Assembly (NCBI RefSeq): GCF_001194135.2
Contig: NC_068983.1
Coordinates: 4,819,756-4,860,482, forward strand
DNA from: Octopus bimaculoides
Lineage: Eukaryota
Direction: 5' to 3'
Length of the DNA: 40,727 nt
Shown: positions 1 through 12,368 of the stretch, piece by piece
How positions within the stretch are numbered: position 1 is the stretch's first letter
Layout: every line of letters starts with the position of its first letter
Notes under the pieces: model-generated
The model's database searches: none
What the model saw: only the letters and a program-made list of their open reading frames with translations
Told to the model about the DNA's origin: nothing
Translations under genes and position numbers: made by a program

Positions 1-1739
1 TATATATATATATATATTATGCTCGTGGTTGGTCAGGCTGTTGTTTTGTAAACAAGATATTGTGTGTATGTGGTAAGATATATTAGCTCACGATCTCACA
101 TTATGTAAGTTGCCATTCTTTCGCTTCAAATATGTTAACTTCTATCAAACTTGGCAATTTGATATAAAATAAAATTCCTCTGTAATTAGCGTCTCGGGAA
201 GATACCAAGAATTGCTACTTAAAAACTACAAAAAAAAAAAAAAAGGTATTCCTTAAAAACCCCAGAAAGTGGAAGAAAGATTGGTGACCAGTGGAGACCT
301 ACTGCACTAACTGGAGTAAATGGTCAGTGACTAGTGACCACTCTGTAACATAATACGGCCGAGTAGTAGTAAGAAGATCAATGTTCTGACTTGTCTGGTG
401 AGCAAGCCTCTAACCTCGCTAGCTTCTGAGAGTCTCTAACTCAAGCCTGACTCCACTTGGTCACGTAAATGCTGCTTCCACATCTGATATGGTATCAGGC
501 CCCCTGTATCGCACTTATAAAATATCCTAGGCTCACCTTCATCATCATTTCACGTCCGTTTTCCATGCTAGCATGTGTTGGACGGTTTGACCAGAGCTTT
601 CAAACCGGAGACCCACACCAGGCTTCAATTGTCTGGTTTGACAAGGTTTTTTTATGGCTGGATGCCCTTCCTAACACCAGCCACTTTACAGAGTGTACTG
701 GATGCTTTTTACGGGACACCTGCACAGGTGCTTTTTACATGGAGACAGCATGGGTGCTTTTTACATGTCTGCCTCCATAAAATGGCCACCTCACAAGAAG
801 TCACCAACATGCTCTGACTTCTTGCTCTCAGGTGACTTGTCTCCTCCCTCTACTTTTCTACTACTACTACTGCAATGGCCTCTCCTCACCTACTGTCTCA
901 CCTGCTCTTCAAACTCCTCCAAGTACCAGCAGCTGTTAAGGTGCATTGAGGGTGTTTATCTCAGTCCACATTGCTGAAGCCATTGCATTGGGTGAGAAGT
1001 CACAACTCCCTCCCCCTCCTCTTCCTTGTTTTCATGCTGTATCAGTTAACATTGTCGCAGCCTGGAGGTTGTTGATCTGGCCTGTGGTGGAGATTGGTTG
1101 AGTTGAAGAATGAAAATCTGTTTCTTGGGTTGGGTGTAGAAGTAATTGAATAACACTCGTGAATGTTTAACAGAAGATTTTATTATTGCACAGAAAGACA
1201 AACTACATTGACCTTTTACAGATAACAACAGCAATAAATACGTATTGGGAGAGAGAGAGATACTGCTTGGAGTTTACAGCAAGATATTGATACAGCAACA
1301 TGTGGCTTGCCCAACATAATTGGAAATAATTGTGCTATATTCATGGGAACAGGGGTTCCTGTCTTCTCTCTGTACCATCTGCCATAGCCAACTTCCTGGG
1401 TCGTCCGGTTGGTTAAAATGCATGCCACACAGCTTTTATGGTGACCGAAAGTAAAATTCTAGAATGTTCAAGAAAACCTGTCTATGCCGTTGCTTCATAC
1501 TGATCGGTCACTTAATAGACCAATTGTGTGAAACTATGGTGGTTTGCATGTGATGTCTGACCACATATCCAGGGATTCAGTTTTGAATCCCCACTATAAG
1601 ATAGAGGCAAAAATGTTTGCCATCTCCAATTCTCTACTAACGTCTACTCATAGTCCTCTCCTCTAACATTAACAGTGAATAATGTGGCTTTATTCCCTTC
1701 AATTTATACAGGTTATTTTCTATTTCTATCAATTTGTAG

Positions 1740-1846
1740 GTGGTGGAAGTGGTTTCATTGGACGTCATCTTTGTAAGAAGCTAAGGTCTGTTGGTTATAA
1801 AGTCATAATTGTGTCCAGATCTGCTGGTTTGAACAAAATTACTTGG
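1740..1846 (+). CDS. SDR39U1: SDR39U1 epimerase family protein, coding exon (first one found; likely exon 2)
   Basis: Acceptor tttgtag and donor gtaagt. Encodes (G)GGSGFIGRHLCKKLRSVGYKVIIVSRSAGLNKITW, a Rossmann GxxGxxG motif matching human GGGTGFIG...VSRKPGPGRITW. Starts in phase 1. Confidence 0.95.
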
Positions 1847-2651
1847 GTAAGTCACACTGTAAAAACTTCCCTAAATCATCATTTCACATCAGTCCAACGT
1901 AGCAAGGGTTGGACAGTTTGAGAGGATCTGGCAAGCTAGAGAACTAAACTATGTTATGCTCCAGTGTCTGCTGTGGTATATTTTTTTTTTACACAACAGA
2001 GTGTACTAGGTGTTTTTTTGTTTTTTTTTTAATGCCCCAACATTTGTGAGGTTACTATGTAACTCACAAGACTAAGATCAAACTGGACTGTAGAATGGGA
2101 GGCAGCTTTGTGCATGCCTGGTGATGAGAGGTTAAAGTATGAAGGAAGGGGCCAAAACAGAACAGATATTTTAGCATAGAGGAGTTATGTGGCTACTCAC
2201 ATTTCAGAAAAGCAGGTAGGACTAACTGAGGTGGAGCTGGAAAGAGAGATAAAAATGGTGGCAACAGTGCTACAATGATGCTCTCAGGGTGGATAGAACA
2301 AGGAGTGGCTGGATAGACTGTCCCCCTCTCTTTAATTCTCTCCCACCTTCCTTTTCCTTAAAAGGGAGACCAAGTATCCCGTCTATAGTAAGACAACTAT
2401 CTCTGTCCCTCTATTATACTCTAACCTCTAGCCTGGCACACAGCCAATTCCCTCAGTTCCACTCCCTCTCTCAACTAAGAGGTCCTTGTCATGCAACTCC
2501 ACTGGTGCTAGTGCCCCGTAAAAGGCATCCAGTCCACACTGTGAAGTGGTTGGCATTAGGAAGGGCATCCAGCCATAGGAACTTTGTCAAAACAGACAAA
2601 TGGTGCCTGGTGTAACTCTCCAGCCTTGCCAGCATGGAAAATGGTTGTTAA

Positions 2652-2652
<1 letters not shown>

Positions 2653-2696
<44 letters not shown>

Positions 2697-2747
2697 GTGA
2701 TGGTGATGGTGGTGATGGTGATGGTGATGGTGATGGTGATGGTGATG
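2653..2747. repeat. (GAT)n grading into (GGTGAT)n microsatellite (family A tail expansion)
   Basis: Direct reading of the sequence. Confidence 0.95.
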
Positions 2748-3035
2748 AGTGAAGGGTGACTAAAAATGGAGCAGGGGTGCAAATAAACTGAATGATGAAC
2801 AAAGGTTGAAGTGGTGGGTGTTGATGATAAATATGAATTGAATGGGAGGTAAGGAAGAGTAGATGATAGCTTGGACATTGGGTAGGGCATAGAAATGAAT
2901 GGTGGAGGGGTGATCAACGATGCGAATGAGTTGGTATGGGGGGAGGGATGTGTATAGACTTAAATTTAATTTATTTTCTCCCACCAAATGTCACGTTCTT
3001 CTCTGTGTTTAACCTTGAGATGTTTCTTCATACAG

Positions 3036-3121
3036 AAAGATGTTCAGGAAAATGGACTTCCTGATGACTGTAAAGCTGTTGTTAACTTGGCAGGCGAGAA
3101 CTTAATGAATCCATTAAGAAG
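3036..3121 (+). CDS. SDR39U1: SDR39U1 coding exon
   Basis: catacag/gtgagg. Encodes KDVQENGLPDDCKAVVNLAGENLMNPLR(R), matching human AAVNLAGENILNPLRRW. Confidence 0.95.
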
Positions 3122-4807
3122 GTGAGGTTTTATCGTATGAACTAGTGTGACTAAGTTGTTGTTATAGTCCTATACCAATGCCCATCCAGTAGAACTACAA
3201 TCAAAGACATTCCAGTGGCAGTCGTTCTATTTCTATATTCAGGCACATTGTATCACAGGTTGACTTTGCCTTTCATCCTTTTTAGGTCAATAAAATAAGT
3301 ACCAGTTGCGTACTGGGATTGATGTAATCAACTTAGCCCCTCCCTTCAAATTGCTGGCCTTGTGCTAAAATTTGATACCTGTATTTTTTTTGGCTATCAT
3401 TCAAGAGATAGGGTTGGACTTGTTATCCTTCTGACCCTCGTTTTTAGGATTCAGTAATAAGGGACAGTCCTTTTGTTACTTATTCTCAAGTACTTGGTGA
3501 CCCTGTCAGTGCAGGTGCCACTTAAAAGCATCCAGTCAACACTGTAAAGTGGTTGGCATTTGGAATGGCGTGCAGCTGTAAAAACCTCGCCTGTGCTTGT
3601 GCCATGTAAAAAGCATTAAGTCCACCCTGCTGAGGGGTTGGTGTTCGGAAGGGCACCCAGCCGTAAAAATCTTGCCAAAACAGTTGCAGAAGTCTGGTGC
3701 AGGTTCCTGTCAAACCGTCCCACCCATGCCAGCATGGACGACGGATGTTAAGCAATGAGGATTTATGTCTACATCACCATTATAACCACTTGAACCTAAT
3801 CTAGCCCCCATTCACTTTTGGTTTACTTCTGGTTAGGCAATTCAGTTCCTACAGATGCAGGTTTGGATGTGCGGTTAAGAAGTTTGTTCCTCAACCACAT
3901 GGTTTTAGGTTCTGTCGCACTGCATGACATTTTGTGCCAGTGTTTTCTACTGTGGCCCTGGACTCATATGCTTTGTGAATGGATTTGGTAATGGGAAATT
4001 GAACAAAGCTTATGTGAATATTTAGATATGTGTGTGTATGTCATCATCATCATCATCATCGTTTAACGTCCACCTTCCATGCTAGCATGGGTTGGACGAT
4101 TTAACTGAGAACTAGTGAACCAGAAGGCTGCACCAGGCTCCAATCTGATCTGGCAAAGTTTCTACAGCTGGATGCCCTTCCTAACGCCAACCACTCAGAG
4201 AGTGTAGTGGGTACTTTTACCTGCGACCAGCACGAGGGCCAGTCAGGTGGTACTGGCAACGGCCACGCTCAAAATTGGGTTTTTTACGTGCCACCTGCAG
4301 AGGAGCCAGTGTAGCAGCACTGGCAACAATCTCGCTCGAACGTTTTTTTCACGTGCCACCGGCACAAGTGCCTGTAAGGCGACGCTGGTAACGATCACAC
4401 TCAAATGGTGCTATTTACGTGCCACTGGCGCGGAAGCCAGACAGCTGCTCTGGCAATTATCATGCTCAGATGTTGTGTCTCCTAGCATCACATGATAGTT
4501 GTAAATGAGTGTCACCACCATACAAGCTGTCCCTTTCATTTGTAATCTTCCATGGAAGCATGTTTCAAAATGTCTTACTTGGTAATAATTGAGGGTTAGC
4601 AACAGGAAGGGTATCTAATTGTAAAAAAACTGCCTCAATAAACTCCATTTGACCCATGCAAGCATGGAAAAGCTGATGACAGCAATGAAGAGTGTGGAGG
4701 TTCTGAATAATACTCATTTGAGATTGTTAAAGAATAAAGATGGCATTTTGATAAAATGGAATCCTGCAGTTATTCAAGACATGTTTATTTTAATTGACAT
4801 CTTTCAG

Positions 4808-4929
4808 GTGGAACGCAGGTTTTGAGAAAGATCTTTATGACAGTCGTATTAAAACTACCAAAACTTTGGTAACAGCTATTTCAAGTGCCCAGACACCACC
4901 AGAAGTATTTGTAAGTACATCTGCCATAG
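4808..4929 (+). CDS. SDR39U1: SDR39U1 coding exon
   Basis: ctttcag/gtaagt. Encodes WNAGFEKDLYDSRIKTTKTLVTAISSAQTPPEVFVSTSAI(G); phase-compatible with both neighbours. Confidence 0.95.
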
Positions 4930-6054
4930 GTAAGTGGAAACCTTGAAAGTTTTTTTTTTCTTTTTACAAGAAAGAATCATCATCATCATCATCATCATCA
5001 TCATTTCCCATGCCAGCAGGGTTTGGACGGTTTGCTAGCAAACTACAAAGCTGCACCCGGCTCCAATTGTCCGCTTTGGCATGGTTTCTATGACTGGATG
5101 CCCTTTCTAATGCCAACCACTTTACAGAGTGTACTGGGTGCTTTTTTACATGGCACCAGCACTAACAGTATTACCAAGTACCTTGCAAAACAAAATCCCT
5201 AAGCTGGGAAGGGGGAGTAGTATTGAGGGGTGTGGCTATGTGCCAGTTGGGAGTTTTAAGGTATAGAAGGGGGCAGATATAGGTGTGTTGCTGTAGAGCA
5301 GATACATGGATGCCCCAGTCTCAACCCTCTTCCACACAGCCTTCTCCGACCCATTCATCATCTCTCTCTACCTCTCACCTCTTCAGATGTCTAACACATT
5401 CAGTCCTTATTCCCACAAAACATCAGTCCCTCTCAAATCCCTTCTCTGCCATTTCTTTCTTACAAGTTGTGACCTGCAACTGTTTCACTGACCTCAGCTC
5501 CTCAGTCCCCAGAGAGCTTGTGACAGTGATGGACTCTGCCCCTTCCTCCAGACCCACTAAGTAAAACCATTAGAGTTGTAACTATTCCATCTACAAATAC
5601 ATCATCATTTGATGTCCATATTCCATGTTGGTGTGGGGTGAACGGCTCAGCAAGAGCCAACATGTCCAAAGACTGCATTCTGCTCCAATGTTTGCTTTGG
5701 AATGGTTTCTGTGGTTGGATGTCCTTCCTAATGGCAATCACTTTGCAGTGTGGACTGGTTGCTTTTTATCATGCCGCCTGCACTATTATGGTCACCATGC
5801 AATTCTCAGGACCACAAACCCTGGAGGAGTGGGGTCAGCTTCATGCTAGAGAGTGGGGTGGTTACTATGAGAGCAGGCTTTGTAGAAGATTTGCATGGCT
5901 TCTCATATGTAGGAGAGAGAGAGAGAGAAAGATCAATAGGAAACTGTAAGAGAGAGAACTAATGGTGATGAATAGAAATGGGTGGGAAGGAGAAAGGGGC
6001 GGTGGGGGAGTAGACTGCCAAAATTGGTAACGTATACATACCCCTTTCCTTCAT

Positions 6055-6900
6055 AATAAGCAAGGCCATTTCCTGGAAGGTACCAGAATCCTGTCATCTT
6101 CCTTACTTATTAAAACCTTTGAATTTGCTAGGTTTACTTCAAGTAAATTCCAGGTTTAGCTTCTGTACCCAAGATTTCTTGTCTAATTCCCCTCTGGATT
6201 CAGCTATGAGGACTGGATAATCAGCATGTAGAAGTTCCCATGGACAGCTAGTCCTTAAACTCCTCAATGATGACTTGTAGGGCTATGATGAATCAGAGAG
6301 GACTGTGAACCAAACCTTTATGTACTCCTACCTTCACACTAACTCCATCACCACTGATATCATAACCAACTCTCACTTTACTTGTTGTATCCTCATAAAT
6401 CACTTGTACGGTCCTCAGAAGCCACTCATCTGCACGTCATTTCCCCAATGCCCACCAGATTACTGAATGTGGTACTTGCCAAATGTTTCTTTCAAATCAA
6501 CAAAAAACAAAAATAATGGTTCATTCTTAGTCCGGTGTTTCTCCTGCAATTGTCTCACTAGGAAGATTGCATCTGTGCTACCTCTACCAGGGTCAAAGCA
6601 AGCATCTGCATCTCATCCAAGTCTACTTTATCACAGATGAATCGGTCTGTGACTTTCTCCCTGACCTTCATAACTTGATCTAGAAGTGTGATTCCCCTAA
6701 AGTTCTCTGTAAGGCATTCACTAAATTCAAGACTGAAGTCATTTCCAACACTCACCTTATTTGCTACTTCCTTGTACAAAGCTTGTGCAACCTTCACAAT
6801 CCATTTGTCTACTCCTAGTTTCCTCAGACCCCCAATAAATTACTAAATGTGGTGCCCAGTCAAATTGTTTTCAAAAGGCCACAAACATCACATCATTTTC
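6055..6900 (-). mobile_element. Decayed RTE-clade LINE reverse transcriptase remnants
   Basis: Minus-strand fragments LRKLGVDKWIVKVAQALYKEVANKVSVG, LYEDTTSKVRVG..VGVHKG..SPL*FII and CPWELLHAD (degenerate YADD region), with stops and frameshifts. Confidence 0.85.
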
Positions 6901-6984
6901 CTTCCATAAATCGAAAGCCCTACACTTATCTAACAAATGCTACACAAAGATGTTAATCCACAGATCAAATTCTTCCCATTTCAG

Positions 6985-7137
6985 GCTTCTATGCTCCTGA
7001 TGACGAGAACAGTTCTACCGAATACAGTCCAGGTGGCGACCATGACTTTCTTTCTGGGCTCTGCTCCGAATGGGAGACAGCATCAACATTAAGTCCCTCC
7101 CTCACTAACATTGTACGACGGGTTATTATCAGAGTTG
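6985..7137 (+). CDS. SDR39U1: SDR39U1 coding exon
   Basis: atttcag/gtaagt. Encodes FYAPDDENSSTEYSPGGDHDFLSGLCSEWETASTLSPSLTNIVRRVIIRV(G). Confidence 0.95.
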
Positions 7138-7238
7138 GTAAGTATTTTTTTGTTTCCTTCTCTGAATGTGTTGTTGTTGTTTGTCTACAAAATAAACAAA
7201 CAAAAGACAGGAAATCCAATTCCTTTTACTACTTTCAG

Positions 7239-7648
7239 GCATTGTTCTTGGAAGAGACGGTGGAGTCATTCAAAATATTTACCCTGTCTTCAACCTGGGA
7301 CTGGGTGGAAGAATTGGCTCCGGTAACCAATGGTTTCCATGGATACACATCTCTGACATTGCTGGTATATATCAATACGCCGTTTGTAATTCCCATGTCA
7401 ATGGAATACTAAATGGAGTAGCACCACAGCCTCTCACAAATTCGGAATTCACACAGACTTTTGCAAAAGCTATGAATCGTCCAGCTATTTTCCCTGTGCC
7501 AGAATTTGCTATGAACCTTGTGTATGGCAGAGAGAGAGCCAAAGCAGTACTGCAAGGCCAAAAGATTCTGCCAGAAAGAACTCTGAAATTTGGTTACAAG
7601 TTTGAATATCCAGATTTGGTTTCAGTTTGCAAGAATCTCTGTCAGTAG
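7239..7648 (+). CDS. SDR39U1: SDR39U1 last coding exon (stop TAG 7646-7648)
   Basis: ctttcag acceptor. Encodes IVLGRDGG...LGLGGRIGSGNQWFPWIHISDIAG...NGVAP...GQKILPERTLKFGYKFEYPDL...Q*, the conserved SDR39U1 C-terminus. Confidence 0.96.
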
Positions 7649-7800
7649 TTTTATTGTGATGTTTTGCATTGTTTTTGGAATTCTGGAATCTCAAACGGGA
7701 CGTTACCATGGCAACTTCTTTAGTTGAGGTTTCAGTGTAGATTCATGGAGAACACAGGAGATAAATTCTTCAAGTTCTGAAAAATTTACAATACATATAT

Positions 7801-8178
7801 TCTCTTTTACTTGTTTCGTTCATTAGACTGTGTCCATGCTGGAGCACTGCCTGAAAGGATTTTAGTCAAATGGATCAACCCTTGTATTTAAGTTTCTTTC
7901 TTAAGCTTCTTACTGCTATCGGTCTCTTTCACTGAATCGCTAAGTTACGAGGACATAAACACACCAACACTTGTTGAGCAGTAGTCGGGGACAAACACAC
8001 ACACACACACACATATATACATGACAGGCTTCTTTCAGTTTCCATCTGTCAAATTCACTTGCAAGGCTTTTGTTGGCCCAAGCCTATAGTAGAAGACACT
8101 TGCCCAAAGTGCCACACAGTGGGACTGAACCCGGAACCACGTGGTCGGGAAGCAGACAACACAGCCATTCCTGTGCAC
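7801..8178 (-). mobile_element. Family B/C SINE just downstream of the SDR39U1 stop (other copies ~10071-10415, ~13030-13520, ~21425-21800, ~38695-38990 minus; ~35080-35435 plus)
   Basis: Reverse complement of the same head, body, (CA)n linker and tail as 27298-27680. Confidence 0.82.
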
Positions 8179-8369
8179 ATATATATATATATATATATGA
8201 AGGAAAAGATAAATCAAATAAAAGTTATCTATATTTTAACAAACTGCTACCATCTATTTCCCATTACTTACAAAAGTTATGTGGTGTCCTCTTTTGTGGT
8301 GAGTCAAAACAAAAATGTCTAACAAAGTGAACTGGCTCTAAATTTATTATTTTGCAATGCATATTATGA

Positions 8370-8375
8370 AATAAA
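8370..8375 (+). promoter_or_regulatory. Candidate SDR39U1 polyadenylation signal (AATAAA)
   Basis: AATAAA ~720 nt after the stop; the context is AT-rich, so a chance occurrence is possible. Confidence 0.25.
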
Positions 8376-9299
8376 TAGCCATGGACCGAAACGGGTAGCA
8401 TTAATTTGGCTTCTCTACTCCTACATAAAAATTGTTGCTATTTACTTTGTGTGGATTATAATATACCTATTTGGTATACGTGCCTTGGTGATGTGGAGTG
8501 CTCCTAATAATATTTAGCTGAAGTATAACCAATCATTCTTTGGTTGATTAAAAGGTACAACATTTATACTAATGTTTGAACACTTTGGTAGCCTGGTTTC
8601 AGCATGAAGTGCTGCTGAGGTGAGCATCTAGATTTATTTATTCCTTTATTCTCTCTCTCTCTCTCTATACACACATACACAGGTTCTGGATGTTTCCTAA
8701 TTGTTGACAGAAAGGTTTAAACAAAAATGTTCAAATTGGGGAAAAAAAAAAGGGAATTTTTAAATGGTAAAATTCAATAATTGAACTTTTGTTGATTTTG
8801 AAAATAAATCAATTTTAATTTCCCAATTGCGTCTGTCTAGCGAGTGATTTGTTCTAAGACAGTGTACGGTAACAACAGCATCGTTGTAGAAGAACCATTT
8901 AAATCACACACAAAATTGTAAAATTCATTTCATGCAATGTCAAATATTTTATCATTCTACTGTGACTTGGTTTTTCTGCAACTGCAGAAATGTGTTAATA
9001 CCCAGGTTGCAGTCCATCATCATTATTGTTTTAGCATTCACTTTTCCATGCCTGCATGGGATGGACAGAATCAGTTGAGGCAGATTTTCAGTAGTAGGAT
9101 GCCTTTCCTGTCACCTACCTCACCTGTTTCCAAGCAGTGAGCTTCCTATCCATTTTCAACTGAATAGGCTGGAATATAATAGGACTAGGGTTTCAAAACA
9201 TCAAACAGAGCTCACAGTAAGCTCTCCGCCTGGTGTTTGGCTATTAACAAAGGCATTGATTAACACAAAGGTGGAAGATTAACATCATTGTCATTCTGA

Positions 9300-9970
9300 C
9301 AATCCAGGAATCTCAACAGTGCAGAGTATATAAGAAAAGTGAGAGACAAGATTTATATTCCATTTGTTGACAGCTGTTTCGTAATATGTATCCAGTTGCG
9401 AGCATGGATGATTGCTAGTGGCGATCCCCCAAACAACATCATCACTGCTGCACTGAAGAATAATGGCTTTCACAGAACCACTGATCAGATAGAGCGGAAG
9501 AAGAATGAATTCCTCCACTCGTATGCACTCATCAGACCACACATTGACACCCTAGATGTCATAATCGAAAACCATTGTGGAAAGGCTGATAAGGATGGAG
9601 AGGAGGAAAAGGAAAAAACACCCGGAAGTCTCTCTGATCTAGTGGCTCCTCAAAAGAATGGATCACCCACTCCTGTGAACGACCAGGCAGAAAAGGATAG
9701 TGGAGCCAAGGAAGCAGCAAATAGAAGCCCCTCTGTGCCAGTGATCCTACAAAGGAAAGAAGCCCTCACCCCAAGAGATAACCAGAGGAAAACAGTGCCC
9801 ACAAGAAAAGGAAGAACGGAACACAGGTATAAAGAGGTAAAAACCGAAACCCCATTCCACCAAACAAAAAGTAGAAAATCCCAAGGTGTATCCAATGCCA
9901 TCCAAGACCCTACAGGAAATAAGAAATTTGGAAGGCACCCAAGAACCTGCAAATTTTACCTGCAAGGCAA
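9300..9970 (+). other. Orphan open reading frame (~223 codons, truncated by an N gap); possible LINE ORF1 or Myb/SANT-like plus CCCH protein fragment
   Basis: Stop-free from 9300 to the gap, first ATG at 9408, A-rich sense strand. Contains ALKNNGFHRTTDQIERKKNEFLHSY and ends in TCKFYLQG. Confidence 0.5.
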
Positions 9971-10070
9971 NNNNNNNNNNNNNNNNNNNNNNNNNNNNNN
10001 NNNNNNNNNNNNNNNNNNNNNNNNNNNNNNNNNNNNNNNNNNNNNNNNNNNNNNNNNNNNNNNNNNNNNN
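9971..10070. other. Assembly gap (100 N)
   Basis: Run of N. Confidence 1.
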
Positions 10071-10662
10071 TTTCAGTCATTTGACTGCAGCCATGCTGGA
10101 GCACCGCCTTTAGTCGAGCCCAGGACTTATTCTTGGGAAGCCTTGTACTTATTCCATCGGTGTCTTTTGCAGAATCGCTAAGTTACGGGGACGTAAATAC
10201 ACCAGCATCGGTTGTCAAGCGATGTTGGGGGTATAAACACAGACACACATATACGACGGGCTTCTTTCAGTTTCCATCTACCGAATCCACTCACAAGGCT
10301 TTGGTCGTCCTGAGGCTATAGTCGAAGACACTTGCCTAAGGTGCCACGCAGTGGGTCTGAACCCGGAACCATGTGGTTCGTAAGCAAGCTACTTACCACA
10401 CAGCCACTCTTACATACGTACAGACATACGTATATATATGCATATATTACATATATACACACATACATATGTATATACACACACATATCTGTAGATATCT
10501 ATACACACAATGGGCTTTTTTAGTTTTCATCTACCAAATCCACTCATAAGGCTGTAGTTGGCTCTATAATAGAAGGCTCTCACTCAAAGCATCATGCAGT
10601 GGGACTGAACCAAGAAACATGTGGTAAGGATCAACATTCAACAAAAATATTTTAATTTTCTT

Positions 10663-10668
10663 TTTATT
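10663..10668 (-). promoter_or_regulatory. Candidate EMC1 polyadenylation signal (AATAAA)
   Basis: TTTATT on the plus strand, ~125 nt downstream of the EMC1 stop; positional inference only. Confidence 0.4.
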
Positions 10669-10791
10669 TGTAGATGTAGAAAAGAAATTTTTAAAAAAAC
10701 AGCACAAAAAAAAATGTGAATAACAATAATAATTTACATAGAAAATGTAAGAAAAGATCATTAAATATAATTAATTAAAACGATGTGACAG

Positions 10792-10952
10792 TTATCTCCA
10801 GGCTCTGTTCAAAGCTTTTCGAGCTGCTAGTTTTTGTGACACAACAGACACCACAATCATACCAATTAGTACACTGCTAATAAATATATAATCAAAGTCA
10901 TCTTTGAGGACATCGAACATCTTCGAAGGGTTCACCCGGGTGTAGAAAAGAT
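10792..10952 (-). CDS. EMC1: EMC1 last coding exon (TM helix, stop TAA)
   Basis: gtttgcag acceptor. Encodes (D)LFYTRVNPSKMFDVLKDDFDYIFISSVLIGMIVVSVVSQKLAARKALNRAWR*, matching the human EMC1 C-terminus. Confidence 0.97.
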
Positions 10953-11412
10953 CTGCAAACAGAAAGGAGACAAAATAACTCAGATGGAGAAGACTTTATT
11001 AGTGTGTGGTTAAGAATGGTTTCATTTGGATTGGTCGGTAAGGGTTTTTTTAAGCAACACTCACCCTTTTGTGCCTGAAACTATCCTTGATTCTATTTAT
11101 GGAAAGCGGACATTAAACGATGATATACATATATATATACATGCATACTTACACATCATCATCGTTTAACGTCCGCTTTCCATGCTGGACGGTTTGACTG
11201 AGGACTGGTGAAACCAGATGGCTACACCAGGCTCCAATCTGATTTGGCAGAGTTTCTACAGCTGGATGCCCTTCCTAATATCAACCACTCAGAGAGTGTA
11301 GTGGGTGCTTTTACGTGTCACCCGCACGGAGGCCACATACATATATATTTCAAACTGGTCAGAATTAAAATCTTCAATCAAAATCTTGTGTCCTAAACAC
11401 CAGCTTAATAAT

Positions 11413-11622
11413 GGTTTCAAATTTTTGCCACAAGGGCAGCAATTATAGGGGAGGGGATGAGTCAATTACATCGACCTCAGTGCATAACTGGTACTTATTT
11501 CATTTGAAAGGTTGAAAGGTAAAGTCAACCTCAGCAGAATTTGAACTTAGAACATAGCAACGGGTGAAATACCACAAAGCATTTCGTCCAGTGTGTTAAC
11601 AATTCTGCCAGGTCACCGCTTT
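11413..11622 (-). mobile_element. tRNA-derived SINE (family D) with a 16-bp TSD
   Basis: ACACCAGCTTAATAAT at 11397-11412 and 11623-11638. Head gcggtgacctggcagaa...agttcaaattc; body ctttcatcc(t)tt...gtaccag. Confidence 0.85.
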
Positions 11623-12219
11623 ACACCAGCTTAATAATAATAATAAAGCTATTTTACTACATTTTCCATTATTTTCAAAAGTAGTGTACATCAGCAGAAA
11701 TATGGTAAAAAAAAAGGGTGACACTGCTCCTCCCCCATTCCAATCCAGGAAGAATGAAATAAAATGGAGAGAGGAGGAATTGAACCACAGGAAGTGGCTT
11801 TGTGCTAGGTTAGAGGGATAGAGATGGGGATCAACTGAAGTCCCATATCTAAGGTCAGTGTTGTTCAAGTAGGGTACTACTGAACCTAGTGAATGTTATT
11901 TGTTATTTGGTGTTCTGTAACAGTGGGGAGAAAAGGATTATGTCTAACTTTTGCAGGCCCACTGGACTGGTGAGCCTGATAGAGTCAATGGTCAGCATAA
12001 ACAGTCTGAAATATATATATATATATGTATGTGTGTGTAAGAAAAACATTGGTAGGAAGTGGTTTTTCAGAGGGTGGATGTTGAGAAGAAAGATTAGTTG
12101 TAATGGTGAATGTTGCGCTTGAGAAAGGTGAAACATAGAACGGTTGACAAGAAGTCATGGGGGATGATACAACTGAATTGAGAAAACAAAGAATGAAAAG
12201 AAGACATGGTTTAACTTAC

Positions 12220-12368
12220 CGAGTCCATAGGCTAAGATTAGAGAAGTTGATTCTAACCCAGCAGAACCAGTGTAAATACCACTGATTCCATCAACACTCT
12301 TGTTGTAGTTGACAATAGCTTCTATGTTGATAGGAATCTCTGGCATGTAAGGAATAATTCCTTCTTCC
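12220..12368 (-). CDS. EMC1: EMC1 coding exon
   Basis: ttgcag/gtaagt. Encodes EEGIIPYMPEIPINIEAIVNYNKSVDGISGIYTGSAGLESTSLILAYGL. Confidence 0.96.

Noticed and set aside
19-31. ATG CTC GTG GTT G|gtcagg as SDR39U1 exon 1 (would give MLVVGGGSGFIG)
   Set aside because: The phase and peptide fit, but the donor is weak, it follows a (TA)n run, and a 13-nt match can arise by chance. Left unresolved; it needs transcript data.
488-500. TGGTATCAG resembling an LTR primer-binding site
   Set aside because: Partial match only, with no adjacent LTR or retroviral ORFs.
1255-1345. LQQDIDT... as a CR1/L2 RT remnant
   Set aside because: Too short and degenerate to support without a profile search.
8380-8400. 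ggaccGAAAcgg as a hammerhead 3' half
   Set aside because: No upstream CTGANGA or pairing partner.
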